From Chloropicon primus (lineage: Eukaryota), in the NCBI GenBank assembly GCA_023205875.1, contig CP060760.1, forward strand, positions 186,001 through 250,000: a stretch of DNA of 64,000 bases. The letters run 5' to 3'. The notes beneath the pieces are model-generated. The model saw only the letters and a program-made list of their open reading frames with translations. It had not been told where the DNA came from and did no database searches. Made by a program: the position numbers and the translations under genes. Shown here one piece after another: positions 19,109 through 28,991 of the stretch. Position 1 is the stretch's first letter. The number at the start of each line of letters is the position of its first letter.

Positions 19109-21436
19109 ATGGCACCACAGGGACAGCGTCAGCCGAAGCCTCACAGGCACTCGCTCAAGCGTGCGAGCATCACTGAATTCAAGATGGGCAAGAACCGAAG
19201 CGCTAGCATGTTTCACGAGTCGCGCTTGCGCGAGGAGAGGCGCGAGTCCAGTATGAAGTCTCTTGCCATGAAGGACCTCCCCGTGGAGATGCTGAAGAAG
19301 ATGAACAGCTCGAAGAACAACAACCTTCTGGCGAACGTCAAAATTCCAGACAAGACTCAGCACAACCAGGTGCTTTTGTTCGGCGTGGACCTCTCCCGGT
19401 TCGTCATCGCCGCGGATGCCGTCTGGAAGTCTCGTTGGGATTGGTCCGTGATCTGCCTTGTGCTTTACACTGCGGTGTTCATCCCGTACAGTTTCTCGTT
19501 CCAGCACGAGAAGCTCACGATGCAAGAAGCCTTGGATTACCTTATCGACTTCATCTTCATTATCGACATCGTCTTCAGTTTCTTCACCGCGTACTTTGAC
19601 AAGCGCGGGGACGAGATACAGGACCTGATCATGATCCGAAAGAAGTACTTCAGCGAGTGGTTCGTCATCGATTTCGTGGCAGCCTTTCCTTTCGAGGCCA
19701 TTGCCATCATGTCGAACCTGAACTTGAACGTCTCGATCTTGAACTTGTTCAAGATTCCACGTCTGCTTCGTCTCGGTCGTCTGATGAAGAAGTTGGATCA
19801 GCTTGCTGGTGCGAACGCCTTCCGTATCGTCAAGCTCCTTTGCGGTTTCGCGCTGTTCACCCACTGGATTGCTTGCGTGTGGTACTTCATCGGTCGTTTC
19901 CAGGACGAGGGTAACATCTGGACGGGAAGCGTTTGGCTCGTCAGGCAGAACTTGTGCCAGACTGTCAAGGGTCCTGGAAACTGGGTGGATAATATGTACG
20001 TCTCGGTGGGTGCCGAGGAAGTTGGAACCAAGCACCTTGTGGATGGCGTGGTGGCGTGCATAGACGTCGACGATGACGCCAACAAGATGTGGAGGGTCGA
20101 CGATTTCATGATATTGACGAACTCGACGACTTGTATCAAGGCGAACCAGTCTTTGATTGAGACGCCGGAGTTTTGCAACGAGGGGATCGCCACGATCACC
20201 CCCGATGCCACCCCCTTCACCAAGTACATTGCCTCCTTCTACTGGGCGTTGACTACGCTGACCACGGTGGGTTATGGTGACATCCAGCCGCAGACCAACA
20301 CGGAGAGAGCCTTCGTCGTTTTTGTTATGCTTGGAGGTGCCCTCATGTACGCTAGTATCTTCGGTAACGTGGCCGTCCTCATTCAGACGTTCGATGCCGC
20401 GAATGCGAGGTACAAGGAGAAGCTCGATCAGCTCAAGGAGTTCGCGACTTACTATGACCTGGACGAGAAGCTGCACGCCAAGCTGGTCAAGTACATTCAG
20501 AAGCACCAGCACGTGACGAACGGCCTGGACTGCGAGTCCTTCTTGGAGAGTTTCCCCGTGTCTGTGCGAGGCGACGTCGCCGTGGCGATGAGAGAGAAGT
20601 TCGTCTCCGAGGTGAAGAGGTCCAACACTTACATGGGCAAGCCAGAATTCGAGGTCTTCCTGAAGGCCATGCTCGCCAAGATGAGGCCCCAGATCTGCTT
20701 GAAGTACGATTACATTCTGCGCAAGGGAGAGGTCGGCAAGGAGATGTACTTCATCGCCAGAGGCTGCGTCGGAGTCCTCAAGTACGATCTGATCGAGTTG
20801 GACAACACGAGCTCGGACCTTGTCACGGATGCCTTTGATTCGATGACCTCCGCGGCGGCAGGAATGGACGGCGACTCCTTGACCAACACGCCGAGGGAGA
20901 GCATGGAGGGCTCGCCTTCCTCGCCTCACACGTCCGCGAAGGTCAAGAAGCACAACGCCTTGAAGAACGCAGTAGCAGTGAAGCTCGGCCCTGGGGAGCA
21001 CTTTGGAGAGATGGCCCTGTTCGACGAGGAGAGATGGGGTGCCAGTGTGGTGGCCCTGTCCTTCTGCGAGCTTCACATCTTGCACTTCTACGACTTCAAG
21101 GAGCTGGAAAGGGACTACACCGCAGAGATGATGACCATGAGGAAGTTCGCGGAGAAGAGAAATAAGAAGAAGACCACGAACGACGAGCCCGGCGTTGTTG
21201 CTTTGGAGGCAAACGCGCCCCCTGCATCGTCAAACTTGACGCCAGCTGAGGAGGGAGACAGCTCGGGCAAGGGGGACGAGATCAAGATGACGAACATCGA
21301 GGGCAAGAAGAGCGAGAGCGAGGAGAGAATCGTCAGGCTCGAGCACAGGCTCCAGCTCTTGGAATCTAGGGTGGCTTCTCGCGCAGAGAGACTTGAGGAG
21401 CAGCTGATCAGAATTATAAATACGGACAAGGCATGA
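19109..21436 (+). CDS. Voltage-gated K+ channel with cyclic-nucleotide-binding domain (KCNH/EAG/Shaker-like)
   Basis: S4 RLLRLGRL, HWIACVWY, pore TTVGYGDI, C-linker, CNBD (EMYFI..G, FGEMAL) and C-terminal coiled coil. Confidence 0.92.
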   Translation: MAPQGQRQPKPHRHSLKRASITEFKMGKNRSASMFHESRLREERRESSMKSLAMKDLPVEMLKKMNSSKNNNLLANVKIPDKTQHNQVLLFGVDLSRFVIAADAVWKSRWDWSVICLVLYTAVFIPYSFSFQHEKLTMQEALDYLIDFIFIIDIVFSFFTAYFDKRGDEIQDLIMIRKKYFSEWFVIDFVAAFPFEAIAIMSNLNLNVSILNLFKIPRLLRLGRLMKKLDQLAGANAFRIVKLLCGFALFTHWIACVWYFIGRFQDEGNIWTGSVWLVRQNLCQTVKGPGNWVDNMYVSVGAEEVGTKHLVDGVVACIDVDDDANKMWRVDDFMILTNSTTCIKANQSLIETPEFCNEGIATITPDATPFTKYIASFYWALTTLTTVGYGDIQPQTNTERAFVVFVMLGGALMYASIFGNVAVLIQTFDAANARYKEKLDQLKEFATYYDLDEKLHAKLVKYIQKHQHVTNGLDCESFLESFPVSVRGDVAVAMREKFVSEVKRSNTYMGKPEFEVFLKAMLAKMRPQICLKYDYILRKGEVGKEMYFIARGCVGVLKYDLIELDNTSSDLVTDAFDSMTSAAAGMDGDSLTNTPRESMEGSPSSPHTSAKVKKHNALKNAVAVKLGPGEHFGEMALFDEERWGASVVALSFCELHILHFYDFKELERDYTAEMMTMRKFAEKRNKKKTTNDEPGVVALEANAPPASSNLTPAEEGDSSGKGDEIKMTNIEGKKSESEERIVRLEHRLQLLESRVASRAERLEEQLIRIINTDKA

Positions 21437-21625
21437 GACGCGCCGTGAGCACGCACGCATGCGCCGCTGGAACTACGGTACACTAGTTCGTATTTTTGAG
21501 AGACCCCTTTGTGAAAGATCGTTTCTACTGTAAACTTACCCTACGCCCCGTGCCTCAATTGCAAACTCGGGCATGAGAACTAAAAATATTTTATCTATGA
21601 AAACTTCACTTAAGAGAGAGCTTTG

Positions 21626-23362
21626 TCACACCTGGCTGGTTTCATTCGCGGGCAACGCCGCCGGAGGTTGCGCCAGAATGAGTGTGGCATTTCCAGTGAT
21701 GGCGTCGGGGGCCATCTCTTCCTCGGATGGCGGGGCGAGTTCGCCTGGCGGGCCGCTGAAGCTTTCCACTCGAGGCTGCTGGAGAGCTTGCAGATCGTCC
21801 TGGACAATCGTGATCAGGTGGTCGACAATCATGGTCGGCGACCATCCGTCGTCCGCCATCCACTGAATTTTTGCCTCCACATCACTCAAGACTGCGCTAG
21901 CTTCCTCCCTCGGAATGTTGAGATCCTCCTCGAGCCTCATGTAGAAAGCCTGCAGAATCTCTGTCGAGGCAACCATGGCGCGGTTCGCCCTGATGCCGTT
22001 CTCCTCCCTCAGCTCGTTCATCTCCTTCATCATCTCCTTCTTCAGCTTGCGCCAAGTTCCGCGGGTGTCGGCGTTCTCCAGCTCGTTTAACCTGGCCTTC
22101 AAGTTCGTGAGTATCAGCTTCTTCTGACCATCACTGAGGCGGCGGTCAAGCTTGATCCTCTTTTCGATTCTGGTTCGGGGGGGAGGGGGGGAACGAGGAA
22201 AAGGCCTGTCGCGTCAGCGGACCCCGGGGGGCGAAAACGACGGACCACAAAAATGGGATGCATTCCACACTCACCTGTTCATGAACTCCTTCCTCTTCTC
22301 GAGCTTTACCCTGGTCTGCAGGGCCTTCTTCCTGTTCTGCGCCTTCTTCCTGCTCTGTGCCTTCTTCCTGCTCTCCGCCTTCTTCTTGCTCTCTCGTCTC
22401 TTTCTGCCCTTTGCCACAACTTCGGAGGAGTTGCTTGGCATCATCTCCTCGAACAAGATGTCTCTCAGAGGCTGGTCGATTGCGCCGCTCTCCGTAAGGA
22501 CCTCCCTCAAGCGGTCAAGCGCCTGCTGTTCCCTCTCTGTGGGCTCGAATTCGCTGTCCGCGATCCGCTGCAGGATCCCCTCGACTGTGGCGTCTCCGAG
22601 GTCCCTCCTCTCGATCACGCGCCTGATCGTCCTTCTCAGCTCGCCGTCCCTCAGGTGGGGGTCCCCGAGCACGGCCTCGAGGGCGCGGAGGACTTGGCTG
22701 CTCGCGGCACTGGGGCGGGGCCTCAGTCCCGCAGCCGTCCCGTTGGGACGTCTCATGAAGAGCATGGGAAACCTCCTGAGGTTCTCCATCACTCGCTCGG
22801 GGATGCCGTTCGGGTAGTATCGACGCACCGCCTCCAGATCGATGGTCGTCAAGGGACTGTCGGGGCCAGGGCCAGGAGGAGGGCCGGCTTCGAAGGCCGG
22901 GGGCCCTCCGCGTGGGTGCACCGCAGTGCCGTTTTTTGAAGGCCCACCCGCGCCCTCCTGCTGCCTCGGTTGCCCCGCGTTAGGAGCGCTCCCTCTCCGC
23001 TCCCTCAGCCGCTCCCTCGCCCTCGCCAGGAAACTCAACCTCTCGTCCTGGAACCTCGAACGCGCCCTCAATTCCTCCACGCGCTGCCTCGCTGCGATTG
23101 CTCTCGGGTTGCTCCTGGCAGCCAACGCCGCGGCGGGGTTGCTCCGCAACTCCTCAATGCGTTGCCTCACCGAGTCTGCCCTCGGGCCGTTGCCGTTCCT
23201 GGCTGCAGCCAGCGCCGCTGCAGCACCCCTTCTCGCCCTCGAGAGGCCAGGGGGCGCAGCTCTCGAGAATGTCGTCGGTCTCGCGGACGAGACGGCCAAA
23301 AGCCCCGCGAGGAGACTCACCAAGAGCAAGATGCCCCAAAAGCCTGTCCTGCTTCTTGTCAT
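21626..23362 (-). CDS. Secreted hypothetical protein; 2 exons, predicted intron 22170-22274
   Basis: Signal peptide MTRSRTGFWGILLLVSLLAGLLAVSSA. GTGAGT donor, CTGAC branch and CAG acceptor join FMNR to IEKRIKL..., in frame with ORF 21626-22102. Confidence 0.72.
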
Positions 23363-23888
23363 CACCCTATATCCATGCAAGAGCCAGAGCCACCGTTCGA
23401 GAGAGATGACTTTCTTTCGGGTGAAAAGCCTTGAGCAAACCGCAAACCAACCAAGCGGGGAAGCCACTCGAGGCGTTACGCCGCAGATCTGAGCGCCCGA
23501 ACGCAAAATGCTTCGCGCGGAGGCCTTGACCGGTCGTGATGCACCGACCGGTCCTGATCGCCTGGCGTTACTCCCGAGTGATCCCTTCATCCCACGGACA
23601 AGATTTAAATCAAAAATCTCCAAACTGTGGCCTCTCTCGGGGGGAGCGCGATCAGAAGTCTCTCAAAGGGCAAGATCAAGAGGCTGTGTGCGGTCCATCG
23701 GCAGCAATCTAACGCAAAACTAGAGCTCATTATCTTTCGTTTGACACCAAGATTGACCCGTTTGACGTCGGTTTGACCCATTTGCTCTTGGTTTTGATCT
23801 GAAGCTTGTTCTGAGGTTCTCCAAGCAGCAAAGGAGAGAGCTTGGCTCCCAGAGAGGTATACGTATCCGTAGAGAGAGGGAGAGAGGG

Positions 23889-25091
23889 ATGGGCGCACGA
23901 TCAAGGGCTCATCACTCAATGGGCTTGGTCCTCCTGGCCCTTGTCTTGCTCTTCGTCGCGTCCTCGTCGCGGGTTTGGTGCAAGAAGGGGCCGAAGAAGA
24001 AGGTGAAGATATTTCGCTTGGACAAGCCCTCAGTTTGCACAAACGTCGTGGAAAGCGACTCGGTTGTCGGGTTCTACTTCTCTGGACACTTTGAGAATGG
24101 AACCGTCGCGATAGCGGACACCTCCGTCGTGGGGAGGCCGGACGAGTTGGACATGAGCAAAGAGAGGGATGGGCTGCTCAAGGCACTGCAGAAGGGAATG
24201 AAAGGAGCCTGCAACGGCGAGAGGAGGCGCGTGGTGGTGCCGCCGTACTTGTACAGGACCGGAGAGGCCGTGGCAGAGGATCAGTTTCCTTCCGAGACCA
24301 TCGAGCTTCGCGTGCACGTGGTCCTGATCGATGGGGAGGCGTACGCGGAGGAGGCCTCGTCGGCCCACGTTGCCAGTGACCACGGCCCTGCCTCGGAGTG
24401 CGGCGCCTGCAGACTGTTCGTGAGCAAGTTCGTGGAGTCGTGGTACAACACCCTGGCGAAGAACTTGGCGGAAGTCAAGAACAACGACGGGAAGGAGCCG
24501 CCCAGCTTGACGTACAACGAGGACTTGGAGGACATGATCCAGAACCTGTGCACCTCGGACGTTTTCTTGAAGGACACCAAGGTGGACACCAAGGCGATCT
24601 TGCCGTTCTGCGAGAAGACGATGACGGTCCACAAGAGGACGATCGCCGAGCAGGCCATGAGGCACTTGAACGACATGACCAAGTCCTGGCTCCCGTTCTC
24701 GAACCAGGTCTGCGGACTCATGACGCAGTCGTGCCCGTTGAGGGGGGAGGAGAAGGTGTCCACCTGCGACACCTGCAAGGCGCTCATCGAGGAGATCGAG
24801 TTCGACCTCGCCACGCAGGGCCCGAGCCTCAAGGTCCTTCCCATCGAGAAGAGGGCCTGGGGAATTTTGACCGACATGTGCGGCAAGACAAAGTATTCTC
24901 ACAGCAACCCTCACAAGGCCTCCGAGGTCTGCGAGGATTTGCTGGAGGACCACGGCAAGGCCCTCGTGAGCCTCATCGCTGTCAAGGAGGCCGGCGAAGG
25001 TTTCACGCTCGACAACGGAATGACGGAGTTGTTCTGCAAGTCTGCTGGCATGTGCAACGACCAGAAGAGTTACGACAAGGACGAGCTCTAA
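23889..25091 (+). CDS. ER-resident protein: signal peptide + FKBP-like domain + two saposin/canopy-like Cys domains + KDEL
   Basis: FKBP-like GM.G.C.GERRRVVVPP.L; CGAC and CDTC saposin-type cysteine spacing; ends KDEL. Start may be 23919. Confidence 0.75.
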   Translation: MGARSRAHHSMGLVLLALVLLFVASSSRVWCKKGPKKKVKIFRLDKPSVCTNVVESDSVVGFYFSGHFENGTVAIADTSVVGRPDELDMSKERDGLLKALQKGMKGACNGERRRVVVPPYLYRTGEAVAEDQFPSETIELRVHVVLIDGEAYAEEASSAHVASDHGPASECGACRLFVSKFVESWYNTLAKNLAEVKNNDGKEPPSLTYNEDLEDMIQNLCTSDVFLKDTKVDTKAILPFCEKTMTVHKRTIAEQAMRHLNDMTKSWLPFSNQVCGLMTQSCPLRGEEKVSTCDTCKALIEEIEFDLATQGPSLKVLPIEKRAWGILTDMCGKTKYSHSNPHKASEVCEDLLEDHGKALVSLIAVKEAGEGFTLDNGMTELFCKSAGMCNDQKSYDKDEL

Positions 25092-25228
25092 CCAACCGGG
25101 GCACACGCACGCACGCAACACACACACACACACACTTGGCGTAGATTTCGATAGAGTATTGTAATAAATATATAAGAAAAAGCCCGAGGTCCTCTCTCTC
25201 TCTCTCTCTCTCTCAGCCTCTCAGCCTC

Positions 25229-26005
25229 TCAGCCTCTCAGCCTCTCCCCCGACTCGTCGCTCGAGTAGCACTGATTATCCGTCAGTGTGATGACCTCGTG
25301 GTCAAGCGTGGGCCTCTTCGACTCCACGAGGGACTTCCACTGCGGGTTGTAGTGGGGAAAGAAGCTCTTGTCTCCCAGAACAGCAAGGCCCTCATACGGG
25401 ATCTTTGGCACGACCGTCGGATCATCCCAACCTTTCCACGTCGCTATCGACGCTGTTTTCCCCGCAGCTATCGAGCCCGCGCTCGAACCGACGTAGACCA
25501 CACCCTGATCCAACAGCGGGTCGAGAAGAGCTTTGAAGTCCTTTTGAACCATGTGGTAGTGCAGGAAGAACGTGTTTCCGCATTCTACGTACACAACGTC
25601 AGCACCTTCCAGCGCAACTTGCACCTCCTCTTTGGTGGAGGAGGCCAACTCCACCGAGGCCACGTTGGACGCCACCACTCCAGTCCCTCGCAGCGAGCGC
25701 CTGAACTCATCCACCAGAGCTTTCGAGAAGGTGTACCCGTCGGCCACCAGCGCATCCGGGACGTACACCACCCTCGCCTTCCCAGGGTCAGTCCTCAGCT
25801 TCACGAGACGAACAAATTCTTGTCGAATTCCTTCGTTCGATAAGCCATTACTCGTCAATATCGCACGCCGCCTCTTCGAGGAGCTCATCAAGGCGTCGCA
25901 CGTTACGCTCGTCAAGGCGTTACGCTCCACCCCGTCCCTCTCCGTCCTCCCAGAGCAGCTCGTTAGCACCAACAGAGCGACGAGGAGCGACGCGATCCAC
26001 TTCAT
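25229..26005 (-). CDS. pepE: Peptidase S51 (dipeptidase E-like)
   Basis: DVVYVECGNTFFL, nucleophile elbow YVGSSAGS and FFPHY; hydrophobic signal ending LTSC. Confidence 0.85.
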   Translation of the reverse strand: MKWIASLLVALLVLTSCSGRTERDGVERNALTSVTCDALMSSSKRRRAILTSNGLSNEGIRQEFVRLVKLRTDPGKARVVYVPDALVADGYTFSKALVDEFRRSLRGTGVVASNVASVELASSTKEEVQVALEGADVVYVECGNTFFLHYHMVQKDFKALLDPLLDQGVVYVGSSAGSIAAGKTASIATWKGWDDPTVVPKIPYEGLAVLGDKSFFPHYNPQWKSLVESKRPTLDHEVITLTDNQCYSSDESGERLRG

Positions 26006-26328
26006 TGCTCCACTGCTTTCCCGCGCAAACTGTTCTATCTGGAGGGGGACGAAGAGAGTCGAGGAGAGGGAAGGCGATCGAGGACACGGGCGCGGGAGAG
26101 GGAGAGGGAGGTGGTGACAGAGACAAGCGTCGTGTCTTTCTCTTTCGAAAGAGCCGTCGCTCGAGGCGAATGGTGGTGTGGTGAAGATTTTGTTGTGCGA
26201 AAGAGAACTTTTGGGATTAGCTCGAGGCTCAAGGGGACGAAGGAGAAGGGAAGGACGGCGATCGTGGGGACGGGCGTTGGTGCGGGAGGCCGCAGGGAGA
26301 AGCTTCGTCTTCATCTGTCTGATTCTAT

Positions 26329-26545
26329 TTCGTTTGACACCTCGATCGAAGGAGACGACGCTCTGGTGAGGATTCCACCAAGCTTTTCAGTCAGATCGGG
26401 ATTAGTTCAGGTGAGTTGGTTGAAGGAGAGGGAGAGAGGGAGAGAGAGAGGTTTGGGCGACGACGGGGTAGCGCAGAAGGACGGAGGATCTTTTACTCCT
26501 TCGTTTGACACCTCGATCGAAGGAGACGACGCTCTGGTGAGGATT
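26329..26545. repeat. Perfect 46-bp direct repeat, offset 171 bp
   Basis: TTCGTTTGACACCTCGATCGAAGGAGACGACGCTCTGGTGAGGATT at 26329-26374 and 26500-26545. Confidence 0.95.
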
Positions 26546-26633
26546 TACTAAACGCTTCAGAGAGTTCGGATGATTTGATAGTTTTCGCTGCTGCTGCCGT
26601 TTGGTTGTCCGTTGTTCGTTGTCGTTGCCAGCC

Positions 26634-27922
26634 ATGGCGCAGAGGGCTAACCGCGGTAGGGCGACGGGTACTGCGAGAAGGGAGGATTCCAAGGAGGCCA
26701 AGGGGAAGGGACCCGTTGGCGGTTTTTGGACCGAGGAGCGGGGGCGAAAGCTGAGGAGCGTCGTCCATCGCTTGGCAACCGCGAGGTTGGGTGGAGCGAA
26801 GCGCGAACCTGACGTCTACGTGACTTCAACGCTGCCTGTTCAAGGCCAGACTGTCGCGGTTTTCGTGTCCCTCGCAAAGCCTCGAACTCCGTTTGGATGG
26901 GTTCAGCGCTCCCTTTGCACGTTTGCTCACGATAGTCTCGTCTGCGTCACGTTCGATGGCAAGCCTGTCCCCTCCTACCCCGTGAAGAGGAGCAAAACCA
27001 AGCGAAATTACCCTATGTGAGTGCTCACTTGCCACGGCGTTCCGTTTTTTGCGACGCTGGATCAGCGACTGACGAGACGACTATCGGCTCTCTCCCATAC
27101 GCCGCCCCCATCGCGGCACCCACGACACGCGCAGATACAGAGCTCTGATTCCAACAACACCGGCGGACCCGCCCGGAGAGAGGGTGCTGGAGGTGAGGGT
27201 CTTGGATGGCTGCTTCCGTCCGATGAAGATCCCTTGCACGATTCAGAAGCAAGCCTTCGGGACTCAGCACATTTGGCTCGGGAAAGACAAGAGTGGCTTG
27301 CTTGCTGATCGACGGCGAAAGTGGAAGAAGGAGGATTCCATGGTAAGTCAAAGGCTTTCGATCCATCCATCGGTTTGCACCCCACCCCCCGTCGCAGGAT
27401 CTCGCCTAATTCCTCGGGTCACCTCGTGCCACCGTCGCGAATTTGCAGGTCAGAGCCTGGCAGCACCTGGAGACGAGGGAGCAGATGTGGGATGGGCCCT
27501 TCATCGCCCCGAGCGATGGCGTCATCACCACTCAGTACGGGCAGCAAAGGTACTACAACGGCAAGTTCGCGGAAAACTATTTCCACAAGGGCTTGGATTA
27601 TGGCGCGGACAAGGGGGCTGCGGTGAGCTCGCCTGCCGCCGGGAGGGTTGTGCTGGTCGGAAAGGAGGACAGAGGTTTCAAACTGCACGGAAACTGCATC
27701 GGTCTTGACCACGGCCAAGGGGTCGCTTCGATGTTCATGCACCTCGACGAGGTCAGAGTGAAGGTGGGTTCTAGGGTTTCGAAGGGACAAACTCTCGGCA
27801 CGATTGGGGACACGGGTATTGCCACCGGGCCACACTTGCACTGGGGTTTGTTCGTTCACGGGTCCTGCGTGGACCCCTACGTGTGGATGAACAAGAGTAA
27901 GGGGCACCGGTTGCTCTTTTGA
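26634..27922 (+). CDS. M23-family zinc metallopeptidase; 3 exons, predicted introns 27017-27134 and 27343-27448
   Basis: HKGLD (HxxxD) and TGPHLHW (HxH). Splices give YPI-YRALIPTTP and EDSM-VRAWQHLETREQMWDGPF. Confidence 0.87.
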
Positions 27923-28007
27923 TGTAAGATATCGTTTACAAGTTGCTGCTATCGTTACATGTGCGGCGCTGGCAAGCGAACAGAGTGGGCTTTCGACCAC
28001 CGATGAA

Positions 28008-28484
28008 TCATCCCCAAGCCGGCGTCGTCGAATAATTTACAATAAGCTTGCCGTCCACGTTGTATGCCTGGAAGGGGCGTGAGAGGGAAAAGAAGCCGCT
28101 TAGCAAGAAGGAAGAAATCAATCGTTTCTTGTCGCTCCATACCCAGGCAGCGGTCTGTGCGTTGTCTCACCTCGTGCAGCGTTCCTATGAGCTCGTCCAA
28201 ACTCGGGGAGAAGGAGCTATTGAGGTACAAAAACTGGGGGCGAAAGCGAGCGGCGTGGAAAAGCAACAAGAGTCAGTCCGGTTGGCATCTTCGCGGGTGC
28301 GGAAAGGTCAAAGAGGGGCCCTGCTTACCACGCTGTCTATCTTCAAGTTCTTCCTGAGGAACTCGGATATGAACACAAAACTCTCGCTCTTGAGGACTTT
28401 GAACTTGGACTGCTTCAAGATCGGAGCATCCCCTGTCGCCTTGAGCAAGACGACCACCTTCTCAGGCGGCGCCGGGCTGTCCAT
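28008..28484 (-). CDS. ATG12: Autophagy ubiquitin-like protein ATG12; exons 28484-28329, 28233-28171, 28067-28008
   Basis: Spliced product MDSPAPPEKVVVLLKATGDAPILKQSKFKV...FLYLNSSFSPSLDE...DGKLIVNYSTTPAWG*, with canonical GT-AG introns and a C-terminal Gly. Confidence 0.93.
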
Positions 28485-28560
28485 GCCGGGCTTTTACTCT
28501 CCCCGGCCCTGCACTGGGACACACATCAACAACATCATCATCATCATTTTGGCATCAACG

Positions 28561-28820
28561 AAGCAAAAAAACAATTTCAGTCTCCACCCCTGGACGAAAT
28601 CTTTCAAGCGAGGGGTCGAACGAAAGATCACAGGACGACCAAGATTCCTTCACCCCTTCCCCTCCTCGCCAACCTCGCCAACCTCGCCAACCTCGTCCCC
28701 AACTCACCTTGTCCCTGGCTCGTGAAACAAGGCAAAGCACAACGTTTCAGTTTTCTCCTCCAATCCTCCCCCGCGGACGACATCTTTCAAGCGAGAGCTC
28801 AAACGAAAGATCACGAGATG
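28561..28820. repeat. Degenerate direct duplication, offset 183 bp
   Basis: GACGA.ATCTTTCAAGCGAG.G.TC.AACGAAAGATCAC at ~28593 and ~28776. Confidence 0.8.
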
Positions 28821-28991
28821 AAGATTCCGGTTTTTCATCCCTGCCCTCCCCCCTTCCCTCCGTCCCCGCCTCCTCCTCGCTTCAAACACTCACCTCTCTG
28901 CGGTGTCCTCGACCTGCTGCTTTTCAGGGTTTTTCATAATTCGATCGATCGTGGCGAGAGAGAGAGAGACAGAGAGAGAGAGAGAGAAGCG

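Noticed and set aside
15803..21085. Long antisense or alternative-frame ORFs (15803-17803, 19097-21085; likewise 3090-5162, 32566-34143, 37589-38935, 52993-54453)
   Set aside because: They mirror recognisable genes on the other strand. High GC3 codon bias suppresses stops in shadow frames, and the products have no family motifs.
25192..25246. (TC)n plus TCAGCCTC x4 at the pepE stop; also (CAA)n at 52438-52474 and many (GA)n tracts
   Set aside because: Ordinary slippage microsatellites, common throughout this window.
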